The translations under genes and the position numbers were made by a program. A DNA stretch of 64,000 nt. Source: Lepidodermella squamata. Lineage: Eukaryota > Animalia > Gastrotricha. The notes below the pieces were generated by a model, which searched no databases, was not told the DNA's origin, and saw only the letters and a list, made by a program, of their open reading frames with translations. Shown here piece after piece: positions 39,901-47,618 of the stretch. How positions within the stretch are numbered: position 1 is the stretch's first letter; each line of letters begins with the position of its first letter. The stretch spans positions 372,001-436,000 of the forward strand of contig JBLDXI010000060.1 in the NCBI GenBank assembly GCA_047495785.1. The letters run 5' to 3'.

Positions 39901-40118
39901 GTCATCGATCAGGTGGACGAGACAAGCGCGAGACAAGCTTTCCTTCGGAGATTGGCCATTGTCACCTTTGGACGGCTGAACGAAGCGAAAGTAACGCAGC
40001 TGGCGAACGGGCGTGGCAACGAAACACCACTGGCTCATGTCCGAGATGTATGTTTTTTGTTCGTCATCTTGTGATCTTCATGTTCTTAATTGCTATAATA
40101 TAGGTGCGATTCGAATAA
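36909..40118 (+). CDS. PIF1/SF1B helicase fused to C-terminal GIY-YIG nuclease (exons 36909-37886, 37941-38423, 38483-38511, 38561-39259, 39313-40047, possibly 40104-40118)
   Basis: GPPGAGKT, FFIEEIG, FGGKLVIATGDFAQLQPI, VRAAQD...ILDLLR, RVQFPFRYYLCTTVHRIMG, QLLVMVSR; then VVYHLIS...SYIGQT...RLREHNNGNGANFTR...W..GIVYGF. All introns are 49-59 nt, GT-AG and in frame. Confidence 0.88.
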
Positions 40119-41816
40119 CAAGTCTCGCCGATTTCGGGTTTTTCGATCATGGTTCAAATGACATTTTAAGCCTGTCTCACCGTTTTCAGCTTTTTTCGAT
40201 ATAATAAAATGCAAATCACTGTTTTTGCCCAATGACATTATATTGAGGGTAATCAAGGTGAGGGCAGGTGCATGTGCAAAGATTCACCAATACATCGATT
40301 CCGGTTGCTGTCATTGTAGAGAATATAATATCATTGGGGAGGGGCGAAAAACGTTCCCCTCCAAGATGGCTAGGAGGGGAGTTCCAAGGGGTAGTTGAGT
40401 GGAACCTTTGTGAAACCTTATATGCTCAGCGCAAAGCTGCCAAAATGAACCACATTCATGTCCTAGCATGGTTTTTTTACTGGATTTGCAGTGTCAAAGA
40501 ACAACTATTTTTTCAAGGTCTGGTCGCGGTTGGTCGGAACGGTCGTGCTGGTGGTTGACAAAAAAGGGGGCTTATATAGCTATAAGCACCCATCCAACTG
40601 GCGAATTCGGCTGAAGAGACTGATAATGCCTTGGAGTACGGTGGTTTCTTCCATCTGAATTTGTCATATTTTGTTGGTGAACTAGTTCTGGTGGCTATTT
40701 ATTTACTCAGCCTCTTTTTATTTGTTCCGAATTCATCTAACACAAAACACAACTAAACTGGCTAGATTTCGCTTACTCGGCATATTCTTCTTTTCCCAGA
40801 TCGCTAAAAGACCCGCCTTTTATTGATTTGGGCCTGAAGTCTCCAGGGTTGTCAATGTAAAAACCTTGATGTAAAAACACCGTGTATAAACACAGTGTAA
40901 AAACTGTATTTATCGAGCGGGTTTTTCCACGTGTAGAAACCCCTAGTTAAGAAAATTCGTAAACTTGTGCTTTGAAGAAGCGAAAACAGCTTGATAATGT
41001 ACATAACAGCTTGATTTTCATTTAGTCATGCCATTATAGCTCGTTTTACAGGGGCATGTCACTGTCCCCTGTTTATGGTGACATGCCAGATAAAATTGTA
41101 ATGCTAAGCATTAAGTGTCACTATGATCGAGGTTTTCGAAAATGGGTAAAAAACAGTGCTTCACTTTATCGTGGCATGACACTCAAAGCTCGGTAATACG
41201 GTATCAATTTCCCGAAGACCTATAAGCGGCCATGCCGAAATAGACCTGATTTCGGCAGGTTATGGCAGGCTATGGCAGGCGATGACAGGCAGCTACAGGC
41301 GAAGGCAAGCGGTAGGAATAGTCAGCGGTAGAAGGCAAGTCACGTCGGGTAAGGTACGCGTCACATTTTCCGTGGATCTCGCCCAGCATCGGAAATTCGC
41401 TTTCGATATTTAGCTCTCCTTTCTTTCAGACGCAATCTCTGGCGTTGACGTCGAGAAAGATTCGGATTCATCAATGTTCGACGTTTGCTTCTTACGTTCG
41501 GCTTCTTGACGATTAATGGCGCAACTTAGCTCAAGACTTCTAGTGGGCAACTTTTCAGCTTTTGCCGTAGGCTCTCACAGCCAAGTTCGTTGCAATCTAA
41601 CGTGTCAAGTTTTTCCTTCAAACGGCCATTCATCTTTTCCGAGTCGACACCACGAAAACCAAACTCACCGAAAACTTCTTTCAAGCCATCAGAAACGTCG
41701 ACATTTTAACCGGTACGGTGGCTACTAAGGACAAAGGTGATTACAAAGGTGCCTACACGAAATAACCTAAGGTGAAGGGTGAATTCACGTAGAAGAGTGA
41801 AGTTGTTATAGCACGT

Positions 41817-42280
41817 GGGGAGCACGTGGCTTAATGGTTAAGCGTCCGCAGTGCTTTCTCAGAAGGTCAGTGGTTCGCTTCCAAGTCGCGGCGCGTGTGT
41901 AACTGAGCAGAGCACTTTACCCCTACTGCTACGGCTGAGTGGCAGCAATACCCTTGGTCGCCGATCCTTCTCGTCGGAACTAATCACCTCGGTCAACAAT
42001 AGCCGAGCGAAGCCTCACGACACTAGTCTAGGTCGGTATGGTGCCAATGGAGCTTGCAGTGTCGCACTGTGCAAAAGATGGACGCCGACACGGACAGCAA
42101 TACCCGTTGATCTGCGCCATCACACCCTCTGGTTCACACCCTATACGGCGCAGCAACCCGACATCCTCTGCCTTCGGCCAGCAATAGCAACTAGAATAAC
42201 AATTGAGCGTCTGTGACGAGTATGCCTTACTATGTGCTACAATCATGCATATGATAATTGCACGCCAATAAAGTTTATAC
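41817..42280 (+). mobile_element. tRNA-derived SINE
   Basis: Pol III A box TGGCTTAATGG (41827) and B box GGTTCGCTTCC (41872); non-tRNA body; AATAAA near 42268. The 3' end is approximate. Confidence 0.6.
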
Positions 42281-42491
42281 CTGCTATTTGACCCAAACTG
42301 CCTTTGAAAATTCGTCTGAATTTGTCGCTATTGAAGTCTCATTCAACTCGAAAGTGTTAAAACTTCTAAATAGCTGGTAGCGGTAGGAAAACCGATTCTC
42401 AGTTTTTTCTAAAATCTGCTATAAATCTGTTGAACGTCGAGTCGTCGACGGCGGCCATCACGCCCGCGCCGTCTCACTACCAGCATCCTAC

Positions 42492-42573
42492 TGTAAAGTT
42501 GAGAACAAGTCAGAGATAATTTCAACCCAAAAAACGAGAGCGTTTATTAAATATCATTTCCATCTTTAACAGG
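42492..42573 (-). repeat. Truncated LTR end matching the Gypsy LTR at 53294-53371
   Basis: TGTAAAGTTG..AAGTCAG.GATAATTTCAACCCAAAAAACGAGAGCGTTTATTAAATATCATTTCCATCTTT is shared; differs by a 5-bp indel and a few other changes. Confidence 0.85.
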
Positions 42574-42868
42574 TTTTAGAGCGGTTTTTAGTGAAAAATC
42601 TTCACTATTTCCTCGCTTCGCTCGTTTTTTGGTTGAAATCAGGGCGTGGTCAGGGTGGGGGGTTGGGGTATAAAACACCCCCCAACAAATTCCTGAAAGT
42701 GGTCTCCAACTACAATTTTCCTTTAAATCCTCCATATTTTACTGCATTTTAAGCCCATTTTCGGGTTGAAAATACCCGAAAAAAGCGTCAGCTAAAGCTC
42801 GCTTCGCTCGCAAATAGACTTGAATAGGTTTTAGGCCGCAAATTTTTCGAGCCCGAGGGTGGTAACTC

Positions 42869-42970
42869 ACTCGACACCCATTCGACACCCACTCGACACC
42901 ATTCGACACCACTCGACACCATTCGACACCACTCGACACCATTCGACACCACTCGACACCACTCGACACA
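42869..42970. repeat. Tandem array of 10 x A(C/T)TCGACAC(C)
   Basis: Directly visible 10-11 bp units upstream of the YR cassette genes. Confidence 0.95.
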
Positions 42971-43256
42971 TTCGCCTGCGGCGGCCATATTATTTTACAT
43001 TAATTGTTAAAATAAAATAATATAAATAAATTTATCTCACTATTTTTTATATTAATTTTTGATATTGTTCAAGAATAAAATTTAAAATGAGTCGTTAGCA
43101 ACATTAAAAACTCATTAGCAGACAAAAGACAATAAAGACAATGCGGCACCGTTGCGGAACCGTTGGCTCCCGTTTCATTTGAATTTAAACCTGGTTTAGC
43201 TCTGCACTACTGTATTTTACACTGTTCTTTCAGTTTACAGTTTTCAGTCCTTCATT

Positions 43257-43598
43257 ATGGGCCGCAAGTTTAACCCTTTCGATCCATTTAGCTGGGTTAA
43301 CAGTGACTCAGTAGATACCATTGATTCGGAATCAGTTACTCAATCAACAGCTCAGACCACTGACTCCGAGTCTTTTTTTCAAAACACCACGACGTCAGTT
43401 TTCAGCCTTCAAAACAACTCTACTGCACCATGCCCAGTGGAGGCATATGAGATAGTCATATTTTGTCTATCCTTGTTCTTGCTCGTGGCTGTTGTCACCT
43501 CAATTGTTTTCGCCTCTCGTCGCTTCCGGTGCAAATCTAAGAAGCGGTCTAACGATGCCGAGCAACTGCACTACAATCGCCTTGACTCTCAAGTTTAA
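43257..43598 (+). CDS. Small single-pass membrane protein (113 aa)
   Basis: S/T/D-rich N-terminus, TM IVIFCLSLFLLVAVVTSIVFA, basic juxtamembrane SRRFRCKSKKR, C-terminal YNRL (YxxL). Confidence 0.65.
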   Translation: MGRKFNPFDPFSWVNSDSVDTIDSESVTQSTAQTTDSESFFQNTTTSVFSLQNNSTAPCPVEAYEIVIFCLSLFLLVAVVTSIVFASRRFRCKSKKRSNDAEQLHYNRLDSQV

Positions 43599-43795
43599 TG
43601 TTTGTTTTTTTATATTTAGCTGTTACGATGAACAAGCACGAAATTCTTGCATACTCTAACAAAGATCAATCCATCTTTAGATCGACAGAGCTGAGCCGAT
43701 CCGAACTCGAACTGACTATCTTGCAATACGCCCTTTCGCTAATCATGGCAGTGCTGGTCGGATTCGTAATTGCCCGTGCTCTCAATATGGACTGA
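43598..43795 (+). CDS. Very small C-terminally anchored membrane protein (65 aa, or 55 aa from Met 43628)
   Basis: TM ILQYALSLIMAVLVGFVIA; overlaps the upstream stop as TAATG; AATAAA at ~43970. Confidence 0.45.
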   Translation: MFVFLYLAVTMNKHEILAYSNKDQSIFRSTELSRSELELTILQYALSLIMAVLVGFVIARALNMD

Positions 43796-44021
43796 CATTG
43801 TTTCCAATTGAATAATATTATCCTTGGATCGTTTATATCAAATTAACATTTGAAATGCCTGTATCAAATTACTTATCATCATCCTACGACGGTGAATCGC
43901 TAATCTTGTCGTTGTGAATCAAGAGTTAACAGATATTTAATATTTAATATGCTCAATATTCTTGAACTCAATAAACGTTTCTTACAATTTCATTGTGTTT
44001 TAGGTTTATTCTTATTACTTT

Positions 44022-44901
44022 ATGTTTTCACTTCCGAAGGCTTTTCAGCTTTGCGTCTACTTGATGCTCCTTACGGATTCGATGGGCTATCCTGCCAGCG
44101 GAGAGTTTCTGCTTGACATTTTCAAGCTCAATAGAGACGACCAAGGTCATATCGTGCGGAAGCGTGATACCACGATTGCGAGAAAGCCGGAGATATTGGA
44201 AGTTGCTAGCGGTCTTCAATACTACCGTGCGTATCAAACCGGGTCTAACAAGTGTTTGGCAAATTTCACAAAAATTGGTATGGCTCTATTGTTATCACTT
44301 GCTTGTTTTTATAAGATTGGTCTTTCAGCGGAGAAGATGTGCGAGTGGCCGCTTCCTACTGAAAAATGGGATGAGTTGACGATGAAGCTCATGTCTTGTT
44401 TCGTGAGACATTCCTGTAGCACTATATCTTGTGTGATGACTCTACCCGAAGAAGATATTCGAACGTGGGCAACTTCTTTCAGTTTGGTCAGCCCTTTGTG
44501 CGCTTACCTCGCTACTAACGGTACACATCTTTCATTGGCCGATTCGCTTTTTGATTTGGAAGCCTACAAAAGTTTTGGCATGAAAGCTGCTGAACTTGCT
44601 TCTACTGTATTTAACGTCGCGAGCAAATCTATTCATTTCTTTCGGCGTGAGATCGTTTATATTTTTCTACTATTTGGCGCGAATTGCATGGACTTTGTCG
44701 TCTTCTCTTTTCAATCATATACATAACATCTTCAAAAAAAACAAAAAAGTCCAATTCACCCCAACCAATCAGCCTCCTCAAGAGACTGTGCCTCTCATGG
44801 AGTCTAGCAATGAAATAATGAAGCAAGGCATTTTGAAGGCGAGTAATTGTTCAGGTTGCTCAAATTGTGGACGACGAATTTCAACCAGGAAACGGAATTG
44901 A
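44022..44901 (+). CDS. Signal-peptide + Gex1/Kar5/Brambleberry-like cysteine-rich domain + TM protein (probable intron 44278-44328; frameshift near 44680)
   Basis: Spliced sequence SNKCLANFTKIAEKMC...ELTMKLMSCFVRHSCSTISCVMTL...WATSFSLVSPLCAYL has the six-Cys spacing of the Gex1/Kar5 domain. Hydrophobic N-terminus; the TM near 44650-44710 continues in the adjacent frame into a basic tail. Confidence 0.55.
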
Positions 44902-45105
44902 TTGTAAATTGATGCATTGTGACTCTGCGTGTTTTGACATTCGATTCGCTTTTGTGTCGCGGCTTTTTATACCCATTTTATACTATGTTATACTCAATGC
45001 TCTTTTCTCTTTTTTCATGCTCTGACATGTAAGCTCATTAAATTTCCTCAATTTAATCAAAATGATTCATGTGGTCTGATTTTTTTTGTCGATTTTAGAG
45101 AATTA

Positions 45106-47283
45106 ATGTCCCAGTTTGTTTTCGGAGACTTGCCTTTTCCGCTATTCTTGATGGATCCCGAAGATCGATTTGAAGAAAGCAGCGATAATTTCTCAACGAT
45201 GCAGGCAACTACGAGCGAAACGACTCGATATCACGATGCCCTTGCTGACCGAACGAATACTTGCTCGGGAAATATTTCAAGTCACTTCGCTAAAAAGAAG
45301 TGCCGACCCCGCGCTGGTAACGGAAAATTTGCTCCATATTTGCCTTTCAATGAGCGGAACCGCAAGGATCGTCATCTGCAACGCTACTGCGTTTTTTGCG
45401 GAAGCCCGAAGAGCACGAAATTCCTCAAACAGCATATCTTGCGCTACTGCCCGGAGACTGCCGGTCGTCGATCGTCCGATGAAGTCATCAAAGCTGCAAA
45501 CTATGTGCGCAAGGCTGCTATCTTTCAAGGATCCAAACATGGACTAGCCCATCGTAAAACACCATCTGCCCGAGGTGTGAAAAGGGTGAATTTTTCAACT
45601 AATTCCGAATCATGTCATCGTTCGGCGCAAATGGATTCGACAGAGATTTCACAAGGATCTTGCGTTTGCTCAAGAATCAGTACGCCGAAAAATGCCCATT
45701 CTCAAGGATTCAGCGATAATGGAACTTCGAATTCCATCTGTACTTGTTCGGAAAGCCAACGCCGTGCTCCAGTTGCGTGCTCTACACCTGCTCTTCAGAA
45801 TATGGATGCTGATGTCTCTCATCCAGTCGATTTCACATTCAACAGCTCATTTGATCAGTCCAATTGTTCGGGTGAGAACGAGTATTTCGGTGACGATGGC
45901 GCTGTCTCCTCTCGGCAGCAGAGCGAATCTAATATTTCACATGTTCAGACTTCGAATGAAGGCGTCGTATTGGACGACACTTATTTCGATGAATCGTCTG
46001 ACGAAGAGACATCAGGCGAGGCGACGTTGTCAAAGAAATTAACCCGTATCGCGCTGTCTCCAAGCCCAATTAAGAAGACGAGAAAATTGAGTAAAAAATA
46101 TGTCACCAATGATCCTCGCTTGAAGCCGGCCCTCGAGCATTATAAAGATCCAGATTTTAAAATGGAAGCAACGCAAGATGATCGCAATGCTAAAACTGTT
46201 CGATCGCGTTATTCCGGACTAACCGGCATCCTCAATTTGGCAGGCATATTCACTGTTGAGGATATGCTCAATGTTGACAAATGGTTCGATTTCGCGGCTC
46301 GTGAGGATCGATTGATTACGACAAATTTACGCGGTGGGGAAGAGCCAGTCTCGTGCCACAGTCTCTACATGAGATTCATGGCTTTAAAAGACTTCTTGCA
46401 AATGTTTCGAGACAACTTCCTTTTACCGAGACGTCTTGTTAGCGAATCGGAGCGTGAAAAAATCGATTTCATCATTACCAGATTCCTTGACCCGAGGATC
46501 AAGCAGTGCAATGCTAAACGTGGCAAGGCACAGGCTGCGCTGAAACACGAAAGAATTGATGAAAAGGTCACTATTCATCTAGCGCCACAATACGCTGAAT
46601 TCATTTCGCAGACGATCGCCGAGATGGAGAAAGCAGGCCAAATTGTGCCGTATGCCTTTCGAATTGCGAGAATTGTTGTTAAAATGAACGCCTTCAATGG
46701 CTGCCGCCCTTCGAGTCTCGCAGGCATGAAGGAGGCTGAATTCGATAAGCGATTTTCCGAGATCCCGGGCACTTGGACAGTTCATGTCCTGGAGACGAAG
46801 AACGGTAAGCGGTGCTTCCCCTACGTTACGATGGACCAGGAACTTGTGGAACTCTACGACGAATACCGCCGCAAGTTCCGGCCGAAGCCGGCTGACCCTA
46901 AAAGCGCCAAGTATTTACTGCTACGAAGTGATGGCAAGAGGTTTGATTGCTTGTCCTACTACGCAAGTATTTTGTGGGACAAATTCGTCCTAACTCTTCC
47001 ATCTACTGCCCGACCGAGTCTCGCATCATATCACTTTTCAATGCAAAGGCGCATGATGCAGACAAGTTCTCGCCACAATCAAATTCCTGGCTTGACTCCC
47101 GCCCAACAGAAACAGGTCAACCGCTACCTCCACCACACCGATGGCGTTGCCGAGCAAATCTACGAGCAATTTATTTCACCTCAGGAACATGCTGAAATTT
47201 TCTTGAAATTTAAGGAATTTCTCAGTTCTCAGAAAAAACCCAAACAATCGCCAAGAAAAATGCCTAGATCAAAGAAACCTTGA
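45106..47283 (+). CDS. Tyrosine recombinase (phage-integrase fold) with N-terminal C2HC Zn finger, 725 aa, intact
   Basis: CVFC-x12-H-x4-C; catalytic set NGCRPSSL (R), VLETKNG (K), SMQRR (R), YLHHTDGVAEQIYEQ (H...Y); AATAAA at 47511. Confidence 0.88.
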   Translation: MSQFVFGDLPFPLFLMDPEDRFEESSDNFSTMQATTSETTRYHDALADRTNTCSGNISSHFAKKKCRPRAGNGKFAPYLPFNERNRKDRHLQRYCVFCGSPKSTKFLKQHILRYCPETAGRRSSDEVIKAANYVRKAAIFQGSKHGLAHRKTPSARGVKRVNFSTNSESCHRSAQMDSTEISQGSCVCSRISTPKNAHSQGFSDNGTSNSICTCSESQRRAPVACSTPALQNMDADVSHPVDFTFNSSFDQSNCSGENEYFGDDGAVSSRQQSESNISHVQTSNEGVVLDDTYFDESSDEETSGEATLSKKLTRIALSPSPIKKTRKLSKKYVTNDPRLKPALEHYKDPDFKMEATQDDRNAKTVRSRYSGLTGILNLAGIFTVEDMLNVDKWFDFAAREDRLITTNLRGGEEPVSCHSLYMRFMALKDFLQMFRDNFLLPRRLVSESEREKIDFIITRFLDPRIKQCNAKRGKAQAALKHERIDEKVTIHLAPQYAEFISQTIAEMEKAGQIVPYAFRIARIVVKMNAFNGCRPSSLAGMKEAEFDKRFSEIPGTWTVHVLETKNGKRCFPYVTMDQELVELYDEYRRKFRPKPADPKSAKYLLLRSDGKRFDCLSYYASILWDKFVLTLPSTARPSLASYHFSMQRRMMQTSSRHNQIPGLTPAQQKQVNRYLHHTDGVAEQIYEQFISPQEHAEIFLKFKEFLSSQKKPKQSPRKMPRSKKP

Positions 47284-47618
47284 ATTAGCTTCGTTAATAT
47301 TTTCGAATTCCTCGTGAAAGCTCTTATTCAATGCTTTTTGCATGTAAATGATTGCCTATTGCCAGTTCTTGTAAATTGTTTGTAAATTTCTATTACTCAT
47401 TCGAACTTATTGTTGACGTCATGGAAACATCCGCACGGATCCGCAATATTTATTACTTAATTCATTTTTTTTTATAATTTATTGGTTCTTAATCATTCGT
47501 GCAATATCAGAATAAAGACGACGTGGTTTTAAATAAGTCTTTTTCATGTATCCGGTGATTTTGTCGGGGAGAAATGTTCCGGCTGTAACAAAGACAGCGT
47601 CACCTAGCTGACGGAATT

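Noticed and set aside
39337-40074. Stand-alone GIY-YIG gene or Penelope-like element
   Set aside because: The ORF begins with helicase motifs V-VI and splices in frame to the helicase; there is no adjacent RT.
41817-41895. Functional tRNA gene
   Set aside because: A and B boxes are present, but I could not form a convincing acceptor stem or anticodon arm; a SINE head fits better.
42869-42970. Possible CRISPR array, and the VSSGVEWCR repeat ORFs on the minus strand
   Set aside because: The units are 10-bp head-to-tail repeats with no spacers or cas genes; the ORFs are just translations of the repeat.
21332-47283. One single giant virus-like element joining the helicase/OTU genes with the YR cassette
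   Set aside because: All genes are on the + strand, but a SINE and a Gypsy LTR end separate the two groups, no shared termini are visible, and no capsid, packaging ATPase or polymerase gene was found. Not excluded, but unsupported.
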